Shown in pieces: positions 45,968 to 56,742 of a DNA stretch of 64,000 nucleotides; positions within the stretch are counted from its first letter, which is position 1, and every line of letters begins with the position of its first letter. The translations under genes and the position numbers were made by a program. Under the pieces are notes generated by a model. That model saw only the letters and a program-made list of their open reading frames with translations, was not told the DNA's origin and ran no database searches. This stretch comes from Chloroflexus aggregans DSM 9485. Lineage in GTDB: Bacteria; Chloroflexota; Chloroflexia; Chloroflexales; Chloroflexaceae. The stretch is from NCBI RefSeq assembly GCF_000021945.1, contig NC_011831.1, positions 1,313,353-1,377,352 on the forward strand. The letters are read 5' to 3'.

Positions 45968-47512
45968 TTATCCGGTGTGATGTGTTACCACCCATCTTCG
46001 CATTAACCAACCGGCCACCAGTCCGATGACACACGCTGCGGCGCCAAAGAGAAAGGTTTCGCCGATCACGTTGGCGGCAATCTCCATCAGAAACCGGGCG
46101 GGGTCGGTCATTGCCAGCGGGTTATCGGCGCCGGCCCGCCGTAACACATCTTGCCGATGCACGCCCCACAATGTGAGCAACGCGACACCGACCGTCATCC
46201 CAACCAAACGCAGAGCAATCACCAATGCCGAAGCTGCCCCACGCTGGTCTCCGCCGGCAGCCGCTACAACGGTATCGGCGACCGGTGCGATCACCAAGCC
46301 GAGACCAATACCGGTTAGGGCCAATTCCAACCCCATCCGCAGATAGGTTGCCTCTGGCCCCCAGAACGTCATCAAGAGATAGCCAACGAGCGCTAAGCCT
46401 AAGCCGAGGATGGTCGGCAAGCGCGCCCCAAAGCGTGCCGTCAATAGGCCACCGGGCAATGCGGCGACAGCCATCGTCAAGGTCAATGCCGACAACATCC
46501 AACCGGCATCCCACGCTGCAATCCGCAGAATATCGCTATCGGTTGGGTGGTAAAGCAGCAGACGAGTGTTAATGTACAGTGGTACATTCGTGATCGCGAT
46601 GGCCAAGCCAAAACCAACCATCACATTGATGATACACGCCATCGCCGTATCACGGCGCGTAAACAGTTCTAAGCCGATCAACGGATCGGCGCTGCGTCGC
46701 TCGACCCAGACAAACAGTGCGAACAACATCAACGCTAATCCGACCAGCGGCCCGGCATACGGTGGAGGCCCCAACCGCTCACCGTAGAAGTCGGTCGCCC
46801 CCAACTCACTCCCGGCCGCCAAACCAACGTTCAATACCACCAGACCGGCACTCAACAACACGGTTCCCGGCCAATCGAACGAACCTACGCGCGGCGGGGT
46901 TGGTACATTTCGCAGGGCGTACCACGTCAGCCCAAGCGCCACCGCACCGATCGGGAGATTGAGCCAAAAGAGCAGCCGCCAGTCGTCGAACAGACGCATC
47001 AAGACGCCGCCGTAGAGATGACCAACCATCCAGCCGGCAGTATCGACGGCCCCGATCACACCGAGGGCAGCCGCCCGCTGCCCTACCGAAAAGAGATCGC
47101 CGACCAGTGCCATCGATACCGGTACCATCGCTCCGGCTCCAAGCGCCTGGATAACCCGGCCAACAATCAATATCGTCAAGTTGGGCGCCGCCGCCACGAC
47201 CGCCGATCCAACCAAGAAGGTAATGAGGCAGAGAAAATAGACCTTCCGCCGTCCGAATAGGTCGGACAACCGCCCCATGAAGGTAATACTGACGGTATAC
47301 GCCAACAAGTACCCACTCACCGCCCACGACGCACGGTTCAGCTCGGTATCAAGAGCGAGGCGGAGGTCGATCATCACTTTGGGCAACGCTGCACTGATCA
47401 CGGTGAGATCGACCGCACCGATAAAGATCGCGAGACAGACCAGCGCCAGTGTCAAGCGCGGGTCAACGGTACGGGTTTCAACGTTGGTCAAAGCTGGATT
47501 CTTCATGGGCAT
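45968..47512 (-). CDS. MFS transporter (14-TM drug:H+ antiporter-like)
   Basis: Repeated TM segments. Has the MFS motif GRRKVYFLCL/GPLVGG. Confidence 0.75.
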   Translation of the reverse strand: MPMKNPALTNVETRTVDPRLTLALVCLAIFIGAVDLTVISAALPKVMIDLRLALDTELNRASWAVSGYLLAYTVSITFMGRLSDLFGRRKVYFLCLITFLVGSAVVAAAPNLTILIVGRVIQALGAGAMVPVSMALVGDLFSVGQRAAALGVIGAVDTAGWMVGHLYGGVLMRLFDDWRLLFWLNLPIGAVALGLTWYALRNVPTPPRVGSFDWPGTVLLSAGLVVLNVGLAAGSELGATDFYGERLGPPPYAGPLVGLALMLFALFVWVERRSADPLIGLELFTRRDTAMACIINVMVGFGLAIAITNVPLYINTRLLLYHPTDSDILRIAAWDAGWMLSALTLTMAVAALPGGLLTARFGARLPTILGLGLALVGYLLMTFWGPEATYLRMGLELALTGIGLGLVIAPVADTVVAAAGGDQRGAASALVIALRLVGMTVGVALLTLWGVHRQDVLRRAGADNPLAMTDPARFLMEIAANVIGETFLFGAAACVIGLVAGWLMRRWVVTHHTG

Positions 47513-48225
47513 TGGATCGGTTCACGGACATCCACCGTTTTATCATAGTCACTAAACTCAAGGGTCCACGTACTGGGGTTCGTCGCATCGGTAGCGGTAT
47601 CCACCAGCACGACCCGGCTAGCCCGCATGGTCGCTTGATCGGCCCACATATCGGCGGTTACCGGCCCTACGCCGAGCAAATTCAAACTAATTGCCCGCAA
47701 GGGTTCGGCGGGTAACGTACCACGCAGATGATAATGCGGACGACCGTTGAGATCTTCAATACCCACCAGCGTCACATCGGCCAGTTTATTCGCCAGTAAC
47801 GCCTCAATGCCACTCTCCGGGGCAAACAACGTTGCCGGATCGAACGTTGAACCCGATTGCAAACACATCCATTGGCGTGTGATCGGGTTGGTCGTATACT
47901 GCTTCCCGGCTAACGAGATGGTCCTAATTTCACCGATCGCATTACCGAGCGTGATGTTGAGGATGGAGAGAACAGCATCTGGACGACGCAAATCACCTTC
48001 GATACTGTTGAGAACCGTCACCCCACCACTATCGAGTGCTACCGGCTTTCCGCTGAGGGTAATCCGAAAATGCGCACTCTGACTATTTTGCGTAGCCCGA
48101 CCGATTGCCGCCGCTAATGTGCGTGGATCGGGCGTGGGCGTTGGCGTCGGTAGAGCAGCACTACTGCTACACCCCGCCAGCCATACCACCCAACCGATGA
48201 TAAGCCATCTCCAGACCTGCTTCAT
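47503..48225 (-). CDS. Lipoprotein (LppX/LprAFG-like, DUF1396-type)
   Basis: Signal peptide with lipobox WLAGC. The start was refined to MKQVWRW. Confidence 0.45.
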   Translation of the reverse strand: MKQVWRWLIIGWVVWLAGCSSSAALPTPTPTPDPRTLAAAIGRATQNSQSAHFRITLSGKPVALDSGGVTVLNSIEGDLRRPDAVLSILNITLGNAIGEIRTISLAGKQYTTNPITRQWMCLQSGSTFDPATLFAPESGIEALLANKLADVTLVGIEDLNGRPHYHLRGTLPAEPLRAISLNLLGVGPVTADMWADQATMRASRVVLVDTATDATNPSTWTLEFSDYDKTVDVREPIQCP

Positions 48226-48288
48226 AACGCACCTGTCCATTGCGCGTGCTACCATGGTTGTAACAGTAGTATAACAGAGGTCGTCACT

Positions 48289-49212
48289 ATGAATATCGCA
48301 ATTATCGGGGCAGGTGCGTTGGGCAGCGTAATCGGTTTTCACCTTGCCGCTGTAAGTAACGTGACCCTGATTGACCCCTGGGCCGAGCATGTTCACGCGA
48401 TCAACGACGGCGGGTTACGTTGCCTGATCGATCACGAAGAACGGATCGTTACCCTCTCCGCCACAACCGATCCGAGCGGCGTCAAACCGGTTGAGGTGGC
48501 GCTGATAACTGTTAAAGCGGCTCAGACAGCGTGGGCTGCTGAGGTCGCAGCCCACGTGCTCACACCCGACGGGGTAGCGTACACGTTACAAAACGGTCTG
48601 GGCAACGCCGAAATACTCAGTGTCCGTCTTGGTAAGCAGCACGTTGGGCAGGCGGTGACTACGCTCGGTGCTACCCTCCTCGGTCCTGGCTACGTTCGGC
48701 TTGCCGGTCGCGGCCCGACAACCTTCGGCGCAACACCGGTTCTCCACCTTGCCTATGCTATCGCCGACAAGTTTCGCGCAAGCGGTTTACCTGCAGCCGT
48801 GTCAACCGATCTGATCGGGCTGGTTTGGGGCAAGTTAATTGTGAATGTCGGGATCAACGCGCTCACCGCGATTCTGCGCGTTCCCAACGGCGCATTGGCA
48901 ACAACTCCCGCTGCACGTAGCCTCGTGCGCAAGGTGGTCGAAGAAGCCGTCGCCGTGGCCCAAGCTGCCGGTGTGACACTCAGTCTTACCGATCCGGTCG
49001 CCGAAACATTGGCCGTGGCCCAAGCCACTGCCGTCAACTACTCTTCGATGCTGCAAGACGTGTTACGCGGCGCACCGACCGAAATTGATACGATCAACGG
49101 TGCAATTGTACGCGAAGGGGGACGATTGGGCGTGCCAACACCATGCAATGCGATGCTGTGTGAATTAGTCGCAGCACTCGAAGAAACGGCCCCTTTGCGG
49201 GTACAAGCATAG
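48289..49212 (+). CDS. panE: 2-dehydropantoate 2-reductase (ketopantoate reductase)
   Basis: N-terminal NAD(P) Rossmann MNIAIIGAGALGS and the ApbA C-terminal domain. Confidence 0.7.
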   Translation: MNIAIIGAGALGSVIGFHLAAVSNVTLIDPWAEHVHAINDGGLRCLIDHEERIVTLSATTDPSGVKPVEVALITVKAAQTAWAAEVAAHVLTPDGVAYTLQNGLGNAEILSVRLGKQHVGQAVTTLGATLLGPGYVRLAGRGPTTFGATPVLHLAYAIADKFRASGLPAAVSTDLIGLVWGKLIVNVGINALTAILRVPNGALATTPAARSLVRKVVEEAVAVAQAAGVTLSLTDPVAETLAVAQATAVNYSSMLQDVLRGAPTEIDTINGAIVREGGRLGVPTPCNAMLCELVAALEETAPLRVQA

Positions 49213-49215
49213 ACG

Positions 49216-49557
49216 CTACGACATTTGACGGCGAGCTATGATGGTCATGAGCGCCGCTACCATCTGCTGGGCGCGTAGGAGCAGTTCGTCCATCGCGTCT
49301 CCATCCGGGAGCAGGTAGATAGTCTCACGGAGACCACCAAGGGGAAATGCCGGATGGTGCAGGACATAGGGATCGGGACCGTCGCGGTGATACACATCGA
49401 TGGTCATCGCCTGCCCAAGTGCCTGTACAACTAAGGTTGAGAAGATCGTATACCCTTCGCGCGCTAGCCAACCCATCAGATCGGCGGCAATGTCCTCAGC
49501 GCGAGGTTCCGGTTGACGATCGTAGCGAACTATCTGAAGCACAGGATTCCCTTTCAC
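49216..49557 (-). CDS. Hypothetical protein (113 aa)
   Basis: ORF only. Confidence 0.3.
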   Translation of the reverse strand: MKGNPVLQIVRYDRQPEPRAEDIAADLMGWLAREGYTIFSTLVVQALGQAMTIDVYHRDGPDPYVLHHPAFPLGGLRETIYLLPDGDAMDELLLRAQQMVAALMTIIARRQMS

Positions 49558-50402
49558 GCGGCTCGTTCTACTGCCGAGAGAAATCGTTTGACCGCCTCTT
49601 CAAGACCGATAACACCGGCGATGACCGGCTCGTTGTAGACCGGCACAAAGTCGAATAACAACGAGTGAGCTGTTTCGAGTTCGCGGAGCATAATGTGGGC
49701 AATCGGCCCCGCATTCGGTACCATCAGATCACGAGCAGCGCGTAAGGTTGCTGCCCGATCGTAAGGTAGCCGCACGATCTGCGCCTGCCAGCCCGTGTGA
49801 CACACCATGAGACGGGCATACGCAGCTCGCCAATCACCATCAAACGGCAAGCCAACCGACCCGACATTCACTACCAGCGTTTCGCCGACCCGCCGTACAA
49901 ATGGCATATGGGTGTGTGCAGTACAAAAGACTGCGGCCCGCGGATCGATTTTGGCATGCAATTCGAGTTGGGTATGGCCTGGCAATAACCCATCGCGGTC
50001 GTGATGGATTGAAGCGTGATACGCCATGACAAGGCCATCTCGCGTCGTTACTACCTGATTGGTAGGCAAGGCTTCGATCTGCGGTAACATATCGGCTACT
50101 GCTTGATGTGTCCAGATAATCGGTCCTAGCAGAGCCTGTTTACCACCTTTCGGAGGACAACCGGCGGCTACATCACGTTCATAGGATAAGATGTACCCCT
50201 CATGATTCCCGCGTAACACGTGCCAGCCACGTTCCGCGCGCATACGCAAGGCTAACTCAAGACACGCGCGCGGCTGAGGACCACGGTTGATGATGTCGCC
50301 GGCAATGATCACGATATCGGGGTTCCATCGCTCAATATCATCAATCACCGCTTGAAAGGCGGCCAGATTGGCATGAATATCGGCGAGTACTGCAATCTTC
50401 AT
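49554..50402 (-). CDS. Calcineurin-like metallophosphoesterase
   Basis: MKIAVLADIHANL...IIAGDIINRG...GNHE motifs. The start was refined from the longer ORF-track version. Confidence 0.7.
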   Translation of the reverse strand: MKIAVLADIHANLAAFQAVIDDIERWNPDIVIIAGDIINRGPQPRACLELALRMRAERGWHVLRGNHEGYILSYERDVAAGCPPKGGKQALLGPIIWTHQAVADMLPQIEALPTNQVVTTRDGLVMAYHASIHHDRDGLLPGHTQLELHAKIDPRAAVFCTAHTHMPFVRRVGETLVVNVGSVGLPFDGDWRAAYARLMVCHTGWQAQIVRLPYDRAATLRAARDLMVPNAGPIAHIMLRELETAHSLLFDFVPVYNEPVIAGVIGLEEAVKRFLSAVERAA

Positions 50403-50582
50403 AGACGGTGCTTTATCCTTTCCCGCGAGTTTGTTGCCGTAGAATGCACCATCATAATGCACCATCATGTAGTGTACCATGCAAAGAACTGTCGCGAGAA
50501 AGAACGTTTGATACCCCAAACCATCGGTATGTGGGTGAACCGGTACGCTCCTGTCGTTGGTCGGAGGAGTACCGGTCTGGCA

Positions 50583-51240
50583 TTACGCCTTCACGATAAA
50601 CAAGACCGGGTGTACTTCGGGTTCTGCTATCGGGCTGACAACCGGTGTGTGATTGATGTACGCGGCAAGATCGGCACTGTCGAGCAATGCCGCTTGTGCC
50701 GGTGCAACACCGTTGAGGAGATAGGCACGTACCTGCGGCTGCGTAAACCCGGCCGTTCTCAACAGCCTCGCCCACTCTTCGCCCAGACCATCAGCCGGTG
50801 ATAGCGGGATGTCCGGTGGTAGTGTCTGTACTACGGTGAGCGGATGTTTGCGTAACCGTACCCAGTATTCACCGGCAGTAAGCAGAATCAGTGTTCCACG
50901 GGGATGCAGTACACGCCGCATTTCGGCTAAGGCTTGCTGTGGTTGTGAGAAGAGGGCGAGGGCTGCGATACACCAGATTACATCGATCGTCTGATCGGCA
51001 AAGGGGAGATTGATAGCATCACCAACGATCTGCGATATGCCTTGCGCAGAACCCAAGACGTTGATGTCCCGTTCGAGGCCGATGATCAACCCGTCGGGTG
51101 TACAGCATTCCCGCAACCAGTGTGTTTTGGTACCATCACCACAGCCGATGTCCAGCGCTCTCGCTACACCGCGTGGAGTGACTGCCAATAACGCATGGCG
51201 GATCAACGGTAGGTATGGTTCGTGGAGCAGTGCTATCATA
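50583..51240 (-). CDS. Class I SAM-dependent methyltransferase
   Basis: Motif I LDIGCGDG. The N-terminal part of the ORF track (FAFTFFASFAPFAVF) is translated repeat DNA. The likely start is MIALLHE at about 51240. Confidence 0.55.
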
Positions 51241-51242
51241 AT

Positions 51243-51310
51243 TAACGCAAAGGACGCTGACGCAAAGACCGCAAAGGGGGCAAAGGACGCAAAGAATGTG
51301 AACGCAAATG
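51243..51310. repeat. Copy B of the dispersed ACGCAAAG-periodic repeat, in a divergent promoter region
   Basis: About 85% identical to 25878..25946. Confidence 0.5.
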
Positions 51311-51336
51311 GATATACCGCTGTATAGGAGAAACCG

Positions 51337-52278
51337 ATGACTCCACCCATCACGATTGTCCAACTTGCTGCACTCAAAGGCCCGAATATTTATCGCCCCC
51401 AACCCGGCGTTATCTTACGAGCGAGGACTAACGATGACTACCGTGAACGACTACGTACCGCACTAAAACACGGCGCATTGGCCGTTGGTTTGATGATCGC
51501 CCACCTACACATCACCGCGCACGAGCGGCCCGATGATGTACTCCTCAGTGCCTTTTTTACCACCAACGAGCCAGACATCGGCGCTGAGCTTTGTCAATAT
51601 GTGATCGATGGTCTTAACGCTGAACTGACCGGTGATACAACGTGGGATGCTGACGAACCACTCTTCGTGCTGCGTGATCAGCGTGAAGCACAGGCGTTAC
51701 CGGTCGCTGCGCTTCAGTTGATCGCCAACGCACGCCAACGCGATATTCCAACAACCAGATTACCCGACGGTGGTTTGCTCCTTGGGCAAGGCGAACGGAG
51801 CTGGATCATTACCCGTGATGAGCTATTCGCCATCTCCGATGTGGAACCACCATGGTCACGCCTCGGTCGTATCCCGATTATCGCGATCACCGGTGAACGG
51901 TATCGTAGCCAGGCTGTTCAGGCACAGGCAGCGCGGTATGATGGCATCACCATCGATCATGCCGACCGATCTGCCGTGATACAGGCACTGGCCGATCCGG
52001 CGTGTACCACACTGGTCGTTGGTTTAGATACCGACAGCTTACTGCGCGAAGGGTTACCGTTCGATCGCTGCGATCTGGCGGTGATCACCGACCGGGCCGG
52101 TCAACGCCCGCTGCACGCCTTTGACGATGACGAGTGGTTGAAGGCGCTTGGCTTACCGATGCTGTGCAGTACGATGCCCACGCTTATCAACCTCACCGAT
52201 CCGGCACTACACCCGCTCTTGAGCTATGCACCGAACGGCGTCATCGGGTGGCAGGCGCAGGCGGAAGTGACGGAGTAG
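51337..52278 (+). CDS. Hypothetical protein with an N-terminal domain resembling the cyanophycin-synthetase N-terminal domain
   Basis: ITIVQLAALKGPNIYRPQPGVILRAR resembles the CphA N-terminal signature (..LRGPNYWS..). No ATP-grasp or Mur-ligase domains are present. Confidence 0.25.
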   Translation: MTPPITIVQLAALKGPNIYRPQPGVILRARTNDDYRERLRTALKHGALAVGLMIAHLHITAHERPDDVLLSAFFTTNEPDIGAELCQYVIDGLNAELTGDTTWDADEPLFVLRDQREAQALPVAALQLIANARQRDIPTTRLPDGGLLLGQGERSWIITRDELFAISDVEPPWSRLGRIPIIAITGERYRSQAVQAQAARYDGITIDHADRSAVIQALADPACTTLVVGLDTDSLLREGLPFDRCDLAVITDRAGQRPLHAFDDDEWLKALGLPMLCSTMPTLINLTDPALHPLLSYAPNGVIGWQAQAEVTE

Positions 52279-52331
52279 AGAGCCGCGTGGTATGCGGCTC
52301 TCACCGAGTTATCGGCCACACCCTTCGGCCC

Positions 52332-54041
52332 TTACGCCGACTCGCCATCGAAGCGGTCGGTCACTGCACCAAGGCTAGCCGACGACACCAGCCTGGCATA
52401 CTTCGCCAATACACCACGGGTATAGCGTGGCGGACGGGGTTGCCACGCAGCACGGCGTCGTGCCAACTCTTCGTCCGAGACATTGAGCTGCAAGAGACGG
52501 GCATCGGCGTCAATCGTGATACTATCACCCTCTTCGACCAGGGCAATGGTGCCACCAACCGCCGCTTCAGGGGCAACATGACCGACCACCAAGCCATACG
52601 TACCACCAGAGAAGCGTCCGTCGGTAATCAGGCCAACGCTATCGCCCAAACCGGCACCGATAATCGCCGATGTCGGAGCGAGCATTTCACGCATACCGGG
52701 ACCACCCTTCGGCCCTTCGTACCGGATCACCACGACATCGCCCGGCTTAATCTTGCCACTCAAAATCGCTTCGAGACATTCCTCTTCGGCATCGAAAACA
52801 CGGGCCGGTCCGGTAATCGAGCGCTGCTTAATACCGGTAATCTTCGCAACGCAGCCTTCTTCGGCCAGATTACCACGGAGGATGGCCAAATGTCCTTGCG
52901 GATAGAGGGGTTTATGAAAGGGGCGGATGACATCTTGATCGGCCGGCGGCTCGTCGGGTACATCGGCCAGCACCTCAGCGATTGTCTGTCCGGTAATCGT
53001 CATACAATCACCGTGGAGTAAGCCGGCATTCAACAACATCTTCATCACCTGCGGTACACCACCGACACGGTGGAGATCGGTCGCCACATAGCGGCCCGAT
53101 GGCTTGAGATCGCAGAGCACCGGTACCCGCTGGCGGATCGTCTCAAAATCATCGATGGTCAACGGTACGTTGGCAGCATAGGCAATCGCCAGCAGATGCA
53201 AAACGGCGTTGGTCGAGCCACCTAACGCCATCACTACTGCAATCGCATTCTCAAACGACTTGCGGGTCAACATCTGGCGCGCTGTGCGATTGGCGCGGAT
53301 GGCCTCAACTAACACCTCGCCGGAACGAGCTGCGCTGATCGCCTTTTCCTCGTCTTCGGCAGCCATGGTTGAAGAGCCGGGTAAACTCAAGCCCAGCGCT
53401 TCAATTGCCGACGACATCGTATTGGCAGTGTACATACCACCACACGAACCGACGCCGGGGCATGCGTGACGCTCGATTTCGAGCAACTCGTGTTCGTCGA
53501 TCCGACCGGCACTGTATTCGCCAACTGCCTCAAACACGCTGACGATGGTCAAGTCACGGCCTTTGTAATGACCGGGTTTGATAGTACCACCATAGACAAA
53601 GATGGCCGGAATGTCGAGCCGGGCCATGGCAATTAAGGCGCCGGGCATGTTCTTATCGCAGCCACCCACCGCAAGGATTCCGTCCATCCGCTGTGCGTTG
53701 ACGACCGTCTCAATCGAATCGGCAATCACCTCGCGGCTGACCAAAGAATACTTCATCCCTTCAGTCCCCATCGAGATACCATCGCTGACCGTGATCGTGC
53801 CGAAGATCTGCGGCATACCTCCTGCGGCACGAATAGCGGCTTCCGCCCGCGCTGCCAACGCCCCTAAGCCGGCGTTGCACGGTGTCAGCGTACTGTGACC
53901 GTTAGCCACTCCCACGATCGGCTTCGTAAAATCGTTGTCGCCAAACCCGACCGCGCGCAGCATTGCCCGATTGGGTGAACGCTGTGGGCCTTCGGTAATC
54001 ATACGACTACGGCGATTATCGCTCATCACGAGCCTCCTCAA
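52332..54041 (-). CDS. ilvD: Dihydroxy-acid dehydratase
   Basis: Has the [16 protein letters not shown] Fe-S cluster motif and ILVD/EDD family length. Confidence 0.9.
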   Translation of the reverse strand: MRRLVMSDNRRSRMITEGPQRSPNRAMLRAVGFGDNDFTKPIVGVANGHSTLTPCNAGLGALAARAEAAIRAAGGMPQIFGTITVSDGISMGTEGMKYSLVSREVIADSIETVVNAQRMDGILAVGGCDKNMPGALIAMARLDIPAIFVYGGTIKPGHYKGRDLTIVSVFEAVGEYSAGRIDEHELLEIERHACPGVGSCGGMYTANTMSSAIEALGLSLPGSSTMAAEDEEKAISAARSGEVLVEAIRANRTARQMLTRKSFENAIAVVMALGGSTNAVLHLLAIAYAANVPLTIDDFETIRQRVPVLCDLKPSGRYVATDLHRVGGVPQVMKMLLNAGLLHGDCMTITGQTIAEVLADVPDEPPADQDVIRPFHKPLYPQGHLAILRGNLAEEGCVAKITGIKQRSITGPARVFDAEEECLEAILSGKIKPGDVVVIRYEGPKGGPGMREMLAPTSAIIGAGLGDSVGLITDGRFSGGTYGLVVGHVAPEAAVGGTIALVEEGDSITIDADARLLQLNVSDEELARRRAAWQPRPPRYTRGVLAKYARLVSSASLGAVTDRFDGESA

Positions 54042-54187
54042 TGCGTCTGAACCGGATACATGGCATATTGTAACGCGATTCAGATTTGGCGACGCAATAC
54101 GGTTGGGATGTTTGGTAAAAAAACCGGTAGCACCGCACAGCCGTGCGGCGCTACCGATGGGAACATCCGACGGGAGACGGCCCTCGA

Positions 54188-55528
54188 TTAATCACCAATA
54201 TTCGTTGCTTCTTCCCACAACGGCACCGGCGCTTCGCCACGGCCTACACCCCAGTAGATGAAGCCAAGGCTCCGCATCTCACGCGGGTCGTAGAGGTTGC
54301 GTCCATCGATCACTACCGGTTGGCGCATATAGCGTTTGATCCGTTGCCAGTCGAGTTGCTTAAACTCATTCCATTCGGTAACGAGCAGCAGAGCGTCGGC
54401 ATCTTTTGCGACATCGTAGGCGGTGGCGGTAAACGTTACGGTTGGCAACAACTCTTCTGCCCGTGGCATTGCGACCGGGTCGTAAGCCTTTACCCGCGCC
54501 CCTTTCTTCAGCAGTGCGTTGATAATGTCAACGCTCGGCGCTTCACGCATATCATCGGTGTTTGGCTTAAACGACAGACCCAACACACCGATCAAGCGAC
54601 CGGTCAGATCACCGAGTACCGTCTCGACTTTCTTCACAAATCGCTTCCGCGCATCGCTGTTAATATCCATCACCGCTTGCAACAGTTGCGGGTGACAACC
54701 CGCCGAAGCGGCCATATGGTACAGGGCCAGCACATCTTTCGGGAAGCAGGAGCCGCCGTAGCCAACACCCGCTTCAAGAAAATGAGGCCCGATCCGCTTA
54801 TCGGCGCCCATACCGCGCGCCACCTCTCGCACATCAGCACCCAACCGCTCGCAGATTTGAGCAATCTCGTTGATAAACGAAATACGGGTCGCCAAGAAGG
54901 CATTTGAGGCGTACTTAATCATCTCGGCGGTACGCAGATCGGTGATGATAATCGGTGCGCCAAGCGTCTCGTGCAACGCAGCTACCCGCTGTGCTGCTTC
55001 ACGATTTTTCGCCCCTAATACTATCCGGTCAGGCTTGAAAAAGTCGCTTAACGCACTGCCCTCGCGCAGAAATTCGGGGTTCGAGACGACATCAAACTTG
55101 ACATCAGGACCGGCGTGTTCGGCGATGATGTTCTCGACCATATCACCGGTACCTACGGGCACCGTACTCTTGTCGATAATGATCGAGCCGGAGCGCAGAT
55201 ACTTGCCGATACTGCGCGCAGCCGCTTTTACATACGTCAGATCGGCCGAACCATCTTCACTCATCGGCGTACCGACGGTGATAAAGATAAATTCGGCCTC
55301 AGGAATGCCGACCGCATAGTCATCGGTAAAGCGCAACCGCCCGGCGCGCATATTGCGCTCCTGTAACTCTTCCAGGCCGGGTTCATAGATCGGTGATTTG
55401 CCACTGCGCAGCAGTTCCAGCTTTTGGAGATCAATTTCGATACACGTGACCGAATGACCAAGATCGGCGAAACAAACGCCGGTCGTCAGGCCAACGTATC
55501 CGGTACCAACAACACAGATGTTTTTCAC
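54188..55528 (-). CDS. ugd: UDP-glucose 6-dehydrogenase
   Basis: N-terminal NAD Rossmann [14 protein letters not shown] and catalytic GGSCFPKD. Confidence 0.9.
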   Translation of the reverse strand: MKNICVVGTGYVGLTTGVCFADLGHSVTCIEIDLQKLELLRSGKSPIYEPGLEELQERNMRAGRLRFTDDYAVGIPEAEFIFITVGTPMSEDGSADLTYVKAAARSIGKYLRSGSIIIDKSTVPVGTGDMVENIIAEHAGPDVKFDVVSNPEFLREGSALSDFFKPDRIVLGAKNREAAQRVAALHETLGAPIIITDLRTAEMIKYASNAFLATRISFINEIAQICERLGADVREVARGMGADKRIGPHFLEAGVGYGGSCFPKDVLALYHMAASAGCHPQLLQAVMDINSDARKRFVKKVETVLGDLTGRLIGVLGLSFKPNTDDMREAPSVDIINALLKKGARVKAYDPVAMPRAEELLPTVTFTATAYDVAKDADALLLVTEWNEFKQLDWQRIKRYMRQPVVIDGRNLYDPREMRSLGFIYWGVGRGEAPVPLWEEATNIGD

Positions 55529-55645
55529 GATGACAACTCCTTACATGTGCGTGGATTGCAGCGGTATCCAGCGCGCTTTACTTCTTGTTGTACAGGGTAC
55601 GGTTAACATTTCGATGAATAACGCTGCTAGACCTGATGAAAAAGC

Positions 55646-56656
55646 TCAGAGCATAACCTCGATTCCCAAACCTAGTTCGGTAGCCCGTTGCAACACCAGC
55701 GCGGCGACGGCCAAATCTTGCACGGCATTGCCCACCGACTTAAACAAGGTTATCTCATCGGCAGTGGTACGCCCACTAACCGTACCGTTAACCAACTCAC
55801 CCAGCTCACCGGCGATATGGTGCTCGTCGATAAGGCCGGCAGCACGGGCCTGGATGAGGTCGCCGGCTTCGGCCCACGCTGCATGACGTTGATCGACAAA
55901 GACACGACTACGGGCCACGACTGCCGGTGGAATCTCGGCCATGTCGGGGCGGTAGGCGCCAATGGCATTGATATGGGTACCGGGCCGCACCAGATCGGCA
56001 GCAAAGAGCGGGGTTGGGCTACTCGTAGCGGTGCAAATGATGTCAGCTTCGGCCAGCGGCAGGGTTGGATTGGTCGCAATGCGCAGATCACCACGAAAGC
56101 CCTCGCCACGCAATCGCGCAGCCAATAACGTCGCCCGATCACGGGTACGATTAACAATCCAGATATTGTCAATCGTCGGACGCACCGCCAGCACGGCCAT
56201 CACCTGCGGCAACGCCTGCGCACCGGCCCCAAAGATGACCAACGTGCGCGCCTCAGGGCGCGCCAGCAGGCGGGTCGCCACCCCTGAAGCAGCCCCGGTA
56301 CGCAGTGCGGTCAGGTACGTACCATCAAGCACTGCCACCGGCCGACCGCTGGTTGGATCGAACAGGGTCACCAAGGCATAGATCGTCGGTTCGGCGCGAT
56401 ACATATTCTGGGGAAAGACCGAGACGGTCTTGAGACCAAGCGCCGGCAACTCACCACCGAGTCGGCCGGGCATGAAGAAGGTCGTTGCTGCATATGCAGG
56501 GGTTGTAATTGCCGTTCGTAGGGGAATATCAGCTTCACCACGTGCCAGTAGGCCAAACGCTTGCGCTACCGCTTCAATCGCAGAGGCCATTGGCGCGGCT
56601 TGGGCTACATCAGCCGCCGAAAGAAATCGCATGCACACCTCCTCGCTGCACCTCAT
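55646..56656 (-). CDS. Ornithine cyclodeaminase/mu-crystallin family protein
   Basis: Rossmann LVIFGAGAQA and the OCD family pattern DGTYLTALRTGAASG. Confidence 0.75.
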   Translation of the reverse strand: MRCSEEVCMRFLSAADVAQAAPMASAIEAVAQAFGLLARGEADIPLRTAITTPAYAATTFFMPGRLGGELPALGLKTVSVFPQNMYRAEPTIYALVTLFDPTSGRPVAVLDGTYLTALRTGAASGVATRLLARPEARTLVIFGAGAQALPQVMAVLAVRPTIDNIWIVNRTRDRATLLAARLRGEGFRGDLRIATNPTLPLAEADIICTATSSPTPLFAADLVRPGTHINAIGAYRPDMAEIPPAVVARSRVFVDQRHAAWAEAGDLIQARAAGLIDEHHIAGELGELVNGTVSGRTTADEITLFKSVGNAVQDLAVAALVLQRATELGLGIEVML

Positions 56657-56742
56657 GCATCACGAGCGTATCATACGACAAAACCGGCACGGTAACGATA
56701 CCATGCCGGTTCTACCGAGGTAAGATGAGCGGATGCCTACGC

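Noticed and set aside
50400-50470. Apparent 1-nt inconsistency between my reading of the printed sequence and the ORF-track frames near 50460
   Set aside because: It is most likely my own transcription error. ORF-track coordinates were kept, and this region's self-derived coordinates were flagged as +/- a few nt rather than calling a frameshift.
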